In this document: piece after piece, positions 10,829-20,364 of the stretch
Position numbering within the stretch: the stretch's first letter is position 1
Layout of the letters: each line of letters opens with the position of its first letter
Assembly: GCA_965198235.1 (NCBI GenBank)
Contig: OZ240248.1
Span: forward strand, 4,480,001 to 4,544,000
From: Candidatus Poribacteria bacterium
Lineage (GTDB): Bacteria > Poribacteria > WGA-4E > WGA-3G
Direction: 5' to 3'
Length of the DNA stretch: 64,000 nt
Position numbers and translations under genes: made by a program
The notes under the pieces: model-generated
The model's database searches: none
Told to the model about the DNA's origin: nothing
The model's input: the letters and a program-made list of their open reading frames with translations, nothing else

Positions 10829-13800
10829 ATGAACATTCTTCATGAATTAAATGAAAGACAGAGAGAAGCCGTAACACATAAAAATGGTCCACTCCTCGTT
10901 ATTGCAGGTCCCGGTACAGGGAAAACAAGAGTCATCACACATCGCATCGCGTATCTGATTCGCGAACACGGCATCAAGGCGGAGAAGATCCTTGCGATCA
11001 CGTTTACCAATAAAGCTGCGCAAGAGATGCAGGAACGCGTCAACAGCGAGATCGGCGAACCGCACGGTTCCAACATTAAAGTCAGCACCTTCCACGCGTT
11101 TTGCGTTCAAGTGCTCCGAAAGCACGCTCTGCGGATCGGATTAAGCGAAAACTTCACTATCTTCGATCAGGAACTCCAAGACGAGATTCTAACAGAGAGC
11201 GTTCGAGCGTTGAACCTCAACGCCGATGACTATCCGCCATGGTTGCTGCGTAATATTCTGAGCGATGCCAAATGTAAATCACAGGATCCCGTCGACGCAG
11301 TGGATGCCACGGATATTTATGACCCAGAAACTGCCGAAAACATCCGAAGTGTCCTACGAAATTACAAGGACAGACTCGCGGAATACGATGCGCTCGATTT
11401 CGACGACCTCCTTGTGAAGACCGTCGAGTTGTTTGAACAGGTGGAAGACGTACAAAAAGACTACCACAAAGCATTCACTCACATCCTCGTTGACGAATTC
11501 CACGATGTGAACAGCGTGCAGTATCACTTACTCCAACTGCTCTGTGCGCCACCCGAACACAACCTCATGGTCGTCGCTGACGAAGATCAGGCTATCTACA
11601 GTTGGCGCGGCTCGAATCCAGCGTATATTGATGGTTTCAAAGCCGATTACAGTCCGAGAGAACTTGCTTTGGACGACCACTATCGGTGTAGCGAGAAGAT
11701 TTTGCGCGCCGCAGAGGAAGTCATCTCCAGAAACACGGAACGGCAGAAACAGCACACCCTCAGAACCCATAAAGACGCGGGACGCGACATCTTTCACTAT
11801 ACCTTTGACACACCTATAGCGGAAGCACGCGGCATTATTAATGTCATTCAGAACTTAGTAACGAAACGCAACTATTCCTACCGCGATATTGCCATTTTTT
11901 ACCGTACACACAGACTCGCTGACGTTTTGGAAGAACAACTGCTACGGGAACATATCCAATTCCAGCGAATCCAACCGATTCACTCCTTTGCGGAAGGGAA
12001 TAGTAAGGGTATCCTGGCGTATCTCCGTTTCATCCAGTGGCAGCTCCCGCAAGACCTGGAACACGCAATCAATTTTCCTGAAACTTGCATCGACGACCTA
12101 ACATGGGTGCGCCTGAAGTGGCTCGCACAACGTAAAGATATAGCATTTGTGGAACTTTTGAAAAATATCGAAGCATATCCAGAGGATGTCGGTCCCTTAA
12201 CACGCCGCAATGTTCGTCAATTCTGGAAACAACTTGAGAGTTTATCGACTGAAATTGAAGGCGAGAGGGTCGATAAAATTATCCCGAAACTCTTCGATAC
12301 TCTGGAACGCTCTCGGACTCCCTATCGCGCTGAAGAACTGGAAATCATCGAAAAACAACCTGAGATGCCGAATTTGGTAACAGCACAAGACGTTCTCTAC
12401 AGCGCGCTGAATCTCGGTGAGCCGGTCCAGATTACCGCCAGCCACGGGATTGACGAGTACTGTGCGGCGCATATTATCTACCAGACGCTTGAAACCTACC
12501 TAAATCACACTGCAGAACTCCAATTGTTGCCGCCTGAGGGAAACAGACTTAAATCGAACGAAAACGGGGTCCATCTGCTTATCGGCAATTTTGAGGAAAT
12601 CGGAGAAAGTGCGCGGGATGCCCGGACAATCCTCATCGGCACAGCGGACGTAGCAAATACGGACGTGCTTCGCCTGGAAGCAGAAGGGGTTCATAGCATC
12701 ACGGCACTCAAACTCTGCCAACGGCTTGTCAATCGTTTTGAAACTCCAAACATGGCAGACATGGTCGTCTACGATTTGGAAACCACCGGGCTCAATCCGA
12801 AAACGGCAGAAATCGTTGAGATCGCGGCGCACCGTCTCAGCGCAATCGGAGATAAAGTTGAGCGGTATTATCGCTTAGTCAGGCCCCCAGGGGGACACAT
12901 CCCAGAGTCAGCCACGCGCATTCATGGAATTGATGCAGAAACAGTCAAACCCGCACCGGGAATCGAAATGGTGTTGCCTGAATTCCTTGGGTTTATCCAA
13001 GACCGGATTCTGATTGGACACAATGTAGCGGAGTATGACAATCCAATCCTTGCCCGAGACCTTAGAAGGTATTTGAAAAGGGATTTATCGGTGCCCCATT
13101 ACGATACACTCGCCACGGCGCGCAGGCTCTTCCCACGACAACGGTGTAGTATGAGTGCGCTTGCCGAAAAATTTGAGATTGAACACGGTCGTCTACACAG
13201 TGCCATAGAGGACGTCAGAGTCAATCGAGAGATCTTTAAAGAACTCATCAAAATCGATTCTCACAAACGTGAGGCGAAATCGCTCCCTGAATTGCTACCG
13301 TTTGTTGGGCTCGGCATCCTTGCGAAAACCGAAGGGGTCGCTCCTCCAGAGGAAGCCTTAACCGAGACGGATACGTTCTTAAATGTCGCGAAACGTTTCG
13401 TCCAGACACACAACGTCGGACCGCTGGAGAATCTACCACTTGATCCCACAGAAGCGGCACAGGCGAGAGAACATATTGAAACGTTACAGGATGCGACCGT
13501 CCGTGAGTTCCCAGAAGATGCTGACTGGCGACAACGCCGGATTCAGTTCATGAACGCGGTACTCCACTTTGAATCAATCAGTGATGCACATGGACTTATC
13601 GACTTCTTGGATTATCAGAAACTGCTCACCAATATTGACGAACTCGACGATAAGACTGAGCAACTGACGTTAATGACGTTACACGCAGCGAAAGGGACAG
13701 AATTTCCGGTCATTATCATCATCGGTATGGAGGAGGGAAGTTTCCCGATGTGGAGGCAGAACATCACAGAAGCAGAACTTGAAGAGGAGCGCCGTCTTTT

Positions 13801-13948
13801 CTATGTGGGTATGACACGAGCACAAGCGCAGCTTTATCTGAGTTCGGTCGTATATCGTTTTGGAGACAGGGATCGTGCGGTGTCCATGTTTGTCCGGGAG
13901 GTCCCATCTAATTACGTTGTCAGATGGAGTTCACAGCATAGGACCTAG
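10829..13948 (+). CDS. UvrD/PcrA SF1 helicase with inserted degenerate RecJ-like segment and DEDDh 3'-5' exonuclease
   Basis: AGPGTGKT, VDEFHD, DQAIYSWRG, TLHAAKGTEF, EEERRLFYVGMTRA; internal YDLETTG / GHNVAEYD / HSAIED. Confidence 0.9.
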   Translation: MNILHELNERQREAVTHKNGPLLVIAGPGTGKTRVITHRIAYLIREHGIKAEKILAITFTNKAAQEMQERVNSEIGEPHGSNIKVSTFHAFCVQVLRKHALRIGLSENFTIFDQELQDEILTESVRALNLNADDYPPWLLRNILSDAKCKSQDPVDAVDATDIYDPETAENIRSVLRNYKDRLAEYDALDFDDLLVKTVELFEQVEDVQKDYHKAFTHILVDEFHDVNSVQYHLLQLLCAPPEHNLMVVADEDQAIYSWRGSNPAYIDGFKADYSPRELALDDHYRCSEKILRAAEEVISRNTERQKQHTLRTHKDAGRDIFHYTFDTPIAEARGIINVIQNLVTKRNYSYRDIAIFYRTHRLADVLEEQLLREHIQFQRIQPIHSFAEGNSKGILAYLRFIQWQLPQDLEHAINFPETCIDDLTWVRLKWLAQRKDIAFVELLKNIEAYPEDVGPLTRRNVRQFWKQLESLSTEIEGERVDKIIPKLFDTLERSRTPYRAEELEIIEKQPEMPNLVTAQDVLYSALNLGEPVQITASHGIDEYCAAHIIYQTLETYLNHTAELQLLPPEGNRLKSNENGVHLLIGNFEEIGESARDARTILIGTADVANTDVLRLEAEGVHSITALKLCQRLVNRFETPNMADMVVYDLETTGLNPKTAEIVEIAAHRLSAIGDKVERYYRLVRPPGGHIPESATRIHGIDAETVKPAPGIEMVLPEFLGFIQDRILIGHNVAEYDNPILARDLRRYLKRDLSVPHYDTLATARRLFPRQRCSMSALAEKFEIEHGRLHSAIEDVRVNREIFKELIKIDSHKREAKSLPELLPFVGLGILAKTEGVAPPEEALTETDTFLNVAKRFVQTHNVGPLENLPLDPTEAAQAREHIETLQDATVREFPEDADWRQRRIQFMNAVLHFESISDAHGLIDFLDYQKLLTNIDELDDKTEQLTLMTLHAAKGTEFPVIIIIGMEEGSFPMWRQNITEAELEEERRLFYVGMTRAQAQLYLSSVVYRFGDRDRAVSMFVREVPSNYVVRWSSQHRT

Positions 13949-13998
13949 GGCACAGTTTGTAAACAAGAAGGGTTTGAAATTTGTCCCTACGCTTGCGA

Positions 13999-14199
13999 CT
14001 AGGTATTTGGAAGAGTTGAGGTATCAGATTTTTTCTGCTTCTTTTTGCGATAAGGTGAAAAATCAGCGTATTTCACACCTTGCTTTATACGCTTCTCTTG
14101 TCGTTTCATCATAAATTCCATATAGGTCTCTAGGTCGCCGAACAGCGCGACGAGACGTTCTTTCGCTTCTAGGATGTCTTTCGCGGGGTCGTCACACAT
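13999..14199 (-). CDS. small putative antitoxin partner of the PIN toxin
   Basis: 66 aa, start overlaps the stop of the PIN gene; M.DDP...I...KE.L pattern. Confidence 0.55.
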   Translation of the reverse strand: MCDDPAKDILEAKERLVALFGDLETYMEFMMKRQEKRIKQGVKYADFSPYRKKKQKKSDTSTLPNT

Positions 14200-14690
14200 T
14201 AGATTGCCTCCAGTATCGCCTCTGGGGTATCAATACGGGGCGGCGAATACCCCACATGGCAACAAACCTGTTCAATTTTTGAGCGAGTATCTGCGTTTGC
14301 CAAGTGTGTGAAGTTCCACGTGGCTAAATAACGCGTATTGTGTGTGGCAGCAACAGCAACATGAACAGCATCAGTAAATGCATTTTCCGGAATTGCCTTT
14401 TGAACCACTAATTGCTCTGCAAACTCAAGTTCCAAATCCTGCACAATTACAAGGGTGAGACCCGTAACTGCTTGTAGTCTATCCGCTGCTTGACCCCTGT
14501 CACCGATTGATATTTCATTAATAACATAATCTGACAAGACAAACTCAAAACGGGGGTCTTGCCAAAATTCACGCGTGATTCTCTGCCATTCTGCTATTTT
14601 CGGGTCACGGCTCAAGGGAGCAACCAGATAACTCGGTATCATTGCGTCAATGTAAACTCGGTGTCCCTCTCCTTGAGAATTAGTCATCAT
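14199..14690 (-). CDS. PIN-domain (VapC-like) toxin
   Basis: VYIDAMIPSYL, V..EIS.GD, DAVHVAVA, LATWNFTHLAN. Confidence 0.8.
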   Translation of the reverse strand: MMTNSQGEGHRVYIDAMIPSYLVAPLSRDPKIAEWQRITREFWQDPRFEFVLSDYVINEISIGDRGQAADRLQAVTGLTLVIVQDLELEFAEQLVVQKAIPENAFTDAVHVAVAATHNTRYLATWNFTHLANADTRSKIEQVCCHVGYSPPRIDTPEAILEAI

Positions 14691-14694
14691 ATTT

Positions 14695-14832
14695 ATGAAG
14701 ATTAAGAATTTAATTCGGTAATCTCCTAACGATGTCCGGTGCGGTGTTTTTGATAGGGTGTTTCCCCAAGGAAACCGCCCCTACCGGGCCTGGGAAAATA
14801 TAGAATTACCGAAATATTTATTGAAACTTCAT
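14695..14832. mobile_element. MITE-like element, family B (imperfect 28-bp terminal inverted repeats)
   Basis: ATGAAGATTAAGAATTTAATTCGGTAAT ... ATTACCGAAATATTTATTGAAACTTCAT; nearly the same ends at 61124-61332. Confidence 0.7.
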
Positions 14833-14875
14833 TTATATGATAACACAAGCTGTCTTGAAACGCAAGAATTTTCCC

Positions 14876-15112
14876 TTACCTATCTGGGCGGATTTTATTC
14901 CAATCCCATAGCAAAATCGTGCCGTCAGCACTCCAACTGGCGAGATTTCTACGATCGGGTGCGAACGCTGTGTCGCTTATTGCCCCTTTATTGATACCAA
15001 ATCTGGCTTTGGCACCAAAAGGTAATTGCTGCTGGGCACCGACATTTTGACGGATCCCGATAATCAGCAGCAATAGGCAGATGAATGCGATAAAAACTTT
15101 ACAGCCTGTCAT
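14876..15112 (-). pseudogene. collapsed WD40-repeat protein (signal peptide plus fused first and last repeat)
   Basis: signal peptide, LPFGAKARFG..KGAISDTAFAPD joined directly to LASWSADGTILLWD. Confidence 0.65.
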
Positions 15113-15355
15113 GTTTTCTCTTCTTTGCTTTAGGGAACTTGATGAACAATGGGTCTTCGCATTTTAAATAATAGCACCATGGGTCGCACAACGCAAGACC
15201 TTTCCGGGAGTGCAATGGCGAGGTTAGAAACTTCACCTACCGTGGATAGAGAAAAATTGAATGACCCTATGTCTCCGAAAAAGATTGCTTGATAAAAAAA
15301 GGTTAGACATGGCATACTAAAAACATAGAAAAATAAAACATCTTTAACTCAAAAA

Positions 15356-16324
15356 ATGCGAATTGATTGTCAGAGCCACATATTTCCAAACGCCTATACC
15401 GAAATCCTCGCGCAGAACCCACATCCTCCGCAAGTTGTCCGCTGCGGGAGCGAGGCTGTCGTTACGTACGGCGATGTCCAAACATTTCGCCTTCAAGACG
15501 AAGCCTACGACCCGGAGCGAAAACTCAAGGATATGGACGAAGCGGCGGTCGATATGGCACTGCTCAGTACCAATATACCCCCGCCATGCATGCTCGCACC
15601 TGAATTAGGGAATAAGGGTGCACAAGCGATCAACGATGCCATTGCCGAGCTCGTGGACGCATATCCACATCGATTCGCAGGATTGGCATGCCTACCGTGG
15701 CAAAATCCAGATGAAGCCATCACAGAAATGGATCGGGTGAAGGGACTCGGGTTCCGAGGGATAATGCTCTATTCCCATATCGGAGGAAAACCGGTCGACG
15801 CACCGCACTTTGAACCGGTTTATGCCCATGCCGAAACACTAAGTATGCCGATTGTGATGCATCCCACCGTCCCGACGTGGGGAGAGGCAATCAAAGACCA
15901 CTGGATGATCGGTATGATGGGGTTACAAGTGGATAACAGTTTCGCACTGTTGCGACTGATTCTGAGCGGGATTCTCGAACGGCATCCACACCTCCAAATC
16001 GTGATGCCGCACGTCGGGGGTATTTTACCCTATATGAGCGGCAGGATCGATCATCAGACGGAAGTATTAGGGAGAGCCAGAGAGAACATAACACAACCGC
16101 CGAGCGCGTATCTGCGACGTATCTATTTGGACACTGTCTCGCCATCAGTGCAGGCACTACAGTACGCCTACGAGTATTCTGGCGCGGACCGCTTGTTATT
16201 CGGGACAGACCATCCGTGGGTGGATATGCCACGATTCGTCCGTTTAATTGAAGAGATGCCGATCCCTGAAGCAGATAAAGCACGAATCTTTAGTGAAAAC
16301 GCCATAAAATTGTTCAATTTATAG
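15356..16324 (+). CDS. amidohydrolase_2 family protein (ACMSD-like decarboxylase/hydrolase)
   Basis: IDCQSH, MHP, PHVGG, YLD, LLFGTDHP, ENAIKLF. Confidence 0.85.
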   Translation: MRIDCQSHIFPNAYTEILAQNPHPPQVVRCGSEAVVTYGDVQTFRLQDEAYDPERKLKDMDEAAVDMALLSTNIPPPCMLAPELGNKGAQAINDAIAELVDAYPHRFAGLACLPWQNPDEAITEMDRVKGLGFRGIMLYSHIGGKPVDAPHFEPVYAHAETLSMPIVMHPTVPTWGEAIKDHWMIGMMGLQVDNSFALLRLILSGILERHPHLQIVMPHVGGILPYMSGRIDHQTEVLGRARENITQPPSAYLRRIYLDTVSPSVQALQYAYEYSGADRLLFGTDHPWVDMPRFVRLIEEMPIPEADKARIFSENAIKLFNL

Positions 16325-16399
16325 TAAAATATGAGAGATTGAGAAACGAGATCCTTGAAAATGGATGAGGTAGATGCGAAAGAAAAGAGGGTTTATGAC

Positions 16400-17203
16400 A
16401 TGCCACACAAACTGACGAATGCTGAAAAGTTTTTCTTTGAAAACAATGGTTATCTCGTTTTGGATAATTTCCTTGCCCCCTCACACGTTGAAACGCTCAG
16501 AAGTGCCCTCGCCGAATCTATTGAAAAGCGACGGGAACGTGAGGAAAAGGGGTTGCCCCAAACCGGAATGACGCACATCCACGGCGAGAAAAGTGCCCGT
16601 ATCTTCTATATCCTCGGGGACCATCCGGCGTTCTTGGAACTCTTGGATTGGCAACCAATCCTTCCGTATGTCATGGGGTTGCTCAACAAAATGCCGCACC
16701 ATCACGCTTCGGACGCTATTGTCGAGCGCGCTTCGGATTTAATGGAACGTTCAATGGGTTGGCACATTGATGGACACGATGAAGGCTATCGTAACCTACG
16801 TCCGATTCCATTTTTGCAACTCAAAATCGGCTATTATCTGACGGATATGACAGAAGGCGGACAGGGCAATTTATGGCTCATACCGGGTAGCCACACGGCA
16901 ACGTATGATCCGAACCACGAAGACCTGCGGTACCCTTATGAATATCCCGGTGCCTTGGAGGTCTGCGCTCCGCCAGGGAGTGCGATTCTGTTCCACAACG
17001 CGGTCTGGCATTCATCTGGTATCTTTACCAAACCGGAAGGTTGCCGTGAAATGCTCTATTACGCCTATGAGCATCCGTGGATGATTGCCTCGCAGGAACA
17101 TTGGGGATATCCCAAAGACTTTTACAACAAGGAACTTTCACCGGAACAGCGGAAATTCTTCCACGGATTTGTTTTCGATCCACCAGAACAGCGATGGGGA
17201 TAG
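16400..17203 (+). CDS. PhyH-family dioxygenase
   Basis: FENNGYL, WHID, IPGSH, FHNAVWH; start chosen after the GAGG RBS. Confidence 0.85.
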   Translation: MPHKLTNAEKFFFENNGYLVLDNFLAPSHVETLRSALAESIEKRREREEKGLPQTGMTHIHGEKSARIFYILGDHPAFLELLDWQPILPYVMGLLNKMPHHHASDAIVERASDLMERSMGWHIDGHDEGYRNLRPIPFLQLKIGYYLTDMTEGGQGNLWLIPGSHTATYDPNHEDLRYPYEYPGALEVCAPPGSAILFHNAVWHSSGIFTKPEGCREMLYYAYEHPWMIASQEHWGYPKDFYNKELSPEQRKFFHGFVFDPPEQRWG

Positions 17204-17301
17204 TGCAGGGAAACCTGCAAGCCACGCCCTACAACACAACTCGGAGGTCACGCGATCACTATCATCGTGATGGCGTGCCTCCGTGCAAGGAGGACGCAAT
17301 T

Positions 17302-18180
17302 ATGCGTTTAACCGAATCTCAAGTTTCCTTCTTTCACGACAACGGATATCTACTGCTTGAAGACGCGCTTGATGAGAACGATCTGGGTCCTGTCATTGAC
17401 GAATATAAGGGAATTATCGCGGAACGTGCAGAGAAATTGCACGCGGAAGGAAAAGTAACGGATACGCACGCCGATAAGTCCTTCACGGAACGGTTGCTCC
17501 ACCTCTCGAAGGAGGCACCGGAGATAACAGCGAACTTAGACATTATGCAGGCACGCGGCGAAGCGACGTTCAACTTCCTCAAGAACCCGAAAATCCTCGA
17601 CATCACGGAGTCTTTTGTTGGTTCCGAAATCATCTGCAATCCGATTCAACATATCCGTGCCGTCCTGCCAAAACGGAGTTCACAGCGCGAACCGACACCT
17701 TGGCACCAGGACGCAGGGGTGTGCTGGCCCGACACCGATCCTTATTTTATGCTAACTGTTTGGGTTCCCATTGTAGATGCGACGCTGGAAAACGGATGCC
17801 TACAAGTAATGCCGGGTAGCCATAAGATGGGACTCTACACACACGACTGGTCATCGGCTGGATTGGCGGTCCCGCCGGAACATCAACCCGATAATCTTAC
17901 ACCGAAACCGTTGCCGATCCGGGCTGGCGGCGTTATTCTGTTTCACAACTACACGCTCCATAGTGCGAAACCGAATGAATCGCAGAGCATCCGATGGAGC
18001 TTCGATCTGCGGTATCACGATGTCTATCAACCGACAGGGAGACCCTTTTATCCTGGATTCCTCATGCGGAGTCGTCTGCGACCGGAAGCCGGTAACACTA
18101 AATATGAAACGTGGTGTCGACGGTGGGAATTTGCGTTAGAGAATTCTAAAGGTGCGCAAGCCTACCGATGGCCCCGGTAG
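17302..18180 (+). CDS. PhyH-family dioxygenase
   Basis: FHDNGYL, WHQD, NGCLQVMPGSH, TLH..PN.S..R; AAGGAGG RBS. Confidence 0.88.
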   Translation: MRLTESQVSFFHDNGYLLLEDALDENDLGPVIDEYKGIIAERAEKLHAEGKVTDTHADKSFTERLLHLSKEAPEITANLDIMQARGEATFNFLKNPKILDITESFVGSEIICNPIQHIRAVLPKRSSQREPTPWHQDAGVCWPDTDPYFMLTVWVPIVDATLENGCLQVMPGSHKMGLYTHDWSSAGLAVPPEHQPDNLTPKPLPIRAGGVILFHNYTLHSAKPNESQSIRWSFDLRYHDVYQPTGRPFYPGFLMRSRLRPEAGNTKYETWCRRWEFALENSKGAQAYRWPR

Positions 18181-18611
18181 TGAAAGGGGAAAATGTGCTT
18201 GAGATCTCAAATCTACCGACGGTCAATGCGACGTTGAATACAATAAGTGGTATCCTGTTGACGATCGGGTATGTGCAAATCCGACAACGGAAAATCACGG
18301 CACATAAAAACTGTATGCTCGCGGCTTTTGGTGTGTCCGTGCTTTTTCTGGTTTGCTATGTTATCTACCATTATCACGCCGGGTCGAAGCCGTTTACAAA
18401 GCAGGGGTGGATTCGTCCGGTCTACTTCACTATCCTGATTTCGCACATTATTTTGGCGTTCGTTATAGTGCCGTTGGCGTTGCGTACCCTCTATTTGGCG
18501 TGGCGTGAGCGGTTTGAGAAGCACCGTCGTATCGCAAAGATTACCTTCCCGATCTGGTTATACGTCTCGGTAACAGGCGTGATTATCTATCTAATGCTGT
18601 ATCAGTTATAG
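18168..18611 (+). CDS. DUF420 family membrane protein (YozB-like)
   Basis: NATLN, H...ML.AF..S.LFL..Y, ILISHI.LA, WLYVSVTGV. Confidence 0.85.
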   Translation: MAPVVKGENVLEISNLPTVNATLNTISGILLTIGYVQIRQRKITAHKNCMLAAFGVSVLFLVCYVIYHYHAGSKPFTKQGWIRPVYFTILISHIILAFVIVPLALRTLYLAWRERFEKHRRIAKITFPIWLYVSVTGVIIYLMLYQL

Positions 18612-18647
18612 GGTGGAACATGATTTGCCCTATTTGTTTTTCTTTTT

Positions 18648-19544
18648 CTACGAATCAAAAGGACGGAACCCGCGCAACATCAAACCTCGATCACTATTAG
18701 ATTTCTTCGCTTCCTCGGCTGCGGTGGCGCGTTTCTCTGACTCTGCCCGATTCGCTGTCGTTGTCCCGCCGATAATCACATAGTCATCTGTTCGGCGGTA
18801 GCGGTTGATGAAAATCGGACGCGGTTTGTCCGACATATTCTGTTTGGACCCGTGAATCGTTTTGACGTTAAAGAAGATTGAATCACCAGCTTCACCAGAA
18901 ATAGGGAGAGCACTCTCCCAGGGCCACTCGTCCTCCTCCAAACCGAGATGTGAGAACGTATCAATATGCTTGAGTTGTCCAAGTTTGTGTGAACCCGGCA
19001 CGACGTGTAACGCTCCATTTACCAAGTCCGTATCCACAACATAACTCAGAATGCCGACGGGTCCCTGATAGCGGTGTTCAAAGTAGGCAGAATCCTGATG
19101 TAGATGCTTCGGATGTCCACCGACCGGTTCCTTATACAGGCACTGTCCGCTACCAAAGATCTCCACATTCGGTCCCAAGATCGCCTCCACGATATTGGCT
19201 GTGGTTTCATCGAAAGCGGATTGGAAAAATGCTCCACTCGTCTGATAATTCACCGCCAACACCATAATCTGTTTGTCGCGTTCGTAGCCTGACGGTGCGG
19301 GGATGAACAGCGTGCCGTTCGGCGTACGCCATCCTTCAACGATCTGTTCTGCCTCGTCCAGTAGCGATAGGGATTCTGCAGCGGCAGCCTCAATGTCCTC
19401 ATGGATCGCCTTAATATAAGGTGCCATCAGCCCGCGGACGACGAGACAGCCGTGTTCCTCAAAGATGTCTGTGGCTTTTTGGGCATCTAACGCATCCATG
19501 GACATCTCAATATCTTCAACTGTTACCTTAGGTTCTTGGTTCAC
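18648..19544 (-). CDS. PhyH-family dioxygenase
   Basis: LHQDSAY, NGALHVVPGSH, IHGSKQN.S..R. Confidence 0.88.
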   Translation of the reverse strand: MNQEPKVTVEDIEMSMDALDAQKATDIFEEHGCLVVRGLMAPYIKAIHEDIEAAAAESLSLLDEAEQIVEGWRTPNGTLFIPAPSGYERDKQIMVLAVNYQTSGAFFQSAFDETTANIVEAILGPNVEIFGSGQCLYKEPVGGHPKHLHQDSAYFEHRYQGPVGILSYVVDTDLVNGALHVVPGSHKLGQLKHIDTFSHLGLEEDEWPWESALPISGEAGDSIFFNVKTIHGSKQNMSDKPRPIFINRYRRTDDYVIIGGTTTANRAESEKRATAAEEAKKSNSDRGLMLRGFRPFDS

Positions 19545-19674
19545 GAAATATTCTCCTTCAATTTATATAAAATCTACAATGACTTGGACATTATGGGGGC
19601 GAAGATACAATCTTCGCCAGCAGTGGTATGGAACTTTGTTCATTGAACCCCTATTCACTTATGTTCGGATTTTC

Positions 19675-20121
19675 CTATATTTCTTCAGATGGATCAACAG
19701 CAATAATTCCTTCGGGCATGTAACGGGTAAAGTCTTGTGTGTTGAAAGTCAAGATGTGTTTTACGTCATGGACAAGCATCGCAGCAACTAACCGGGCATC
19801 GTGAACCTGAACACCTGACACACGATAATCCACGACGAGTTGTCTCCATACGAGATATACATCAGATGAATCCGATAGCAAAGAAAAAGACCGTTCTAAG
19901 TCTTGCAAGAGTTCATGTGTTTCATAAGGCGTGAGCTCAAAACCGTTTCGATCAGTGGGTCGAGTTGATACGTTCCAGAATTCCGCGAAATTTTGCGATG
20001 TAGTCCGGAGTTCATGGCCATTTTCCCGCAATTTATGAACAGCAGCTTGGACAATTGAATGACGTGGGTCAGCACGACGTGCAATCCGCAACAAGACATT
20101 GGTATCCGTCAGATAAATCAT
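19675..20121 (-). CDS. VapC PIN-domain toxin
   Basis: YLTDTNVL, QNFAEFWNV.TRP, GVQVHDARLVAAM, LTFN..DF; start at MIYL. Confidence 0.85.
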   Translation of the reverse strand: MIYLTDTNVLLRIARRADPRHSIVQAAVHKLRENGHELRTTSQNFAEFWNVSTRPTDRNGFELTPYETHELLQDLERSFSLLSDSSDVYLVWRQLVVDYRVSGVQVHDARLVAAMLVHDVKHILTFNTQDFTRYMPEGIIAVDPSEEI

Positions 20122-20123
20122 GA

Positions 20124-20348
20124 CTATGGATGATCTTCGTATATCCCTTCGCGGCTCATAGCGTAATCGGATAATGATGGGCAATCGGGACCAGCAAATT
20201 CCTCAAATTTATCTGCTAACCGATCTAGTGCTGCTTTAAACTCTTCAGCAGACAACTGTGAATTATCACTCGCTAATGCATCCTTTGTGTCGTCAGGAAT
20301 CTCCAACAACAAACGTTTATTCGGGTAGATATGAATTGTAACTGTCAT
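20124..20348 (-). CDS. putative antitoxin
   Basis: LSDYAMSREGIYEDHP C-terminus typical of antitoxins; directly upstream of the VapC gene. Confidence 0.7.
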   Translation of the reverse strand: MTVTIHIYPNKRLLLEIPDDTKDALASDNSQLSAEEFKAALDRLADKFEEFAGPDCPSLSDYAMSREGIYEDHP

Positions 20349-20364
20349 CTATTGTGCCTCCTCT

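Noticed and set aside
17077-17301. Overlap or frameshift between two PhyH genes
   Set aside because: The second gene has its own AAGGAGG RBS and start at 17302.
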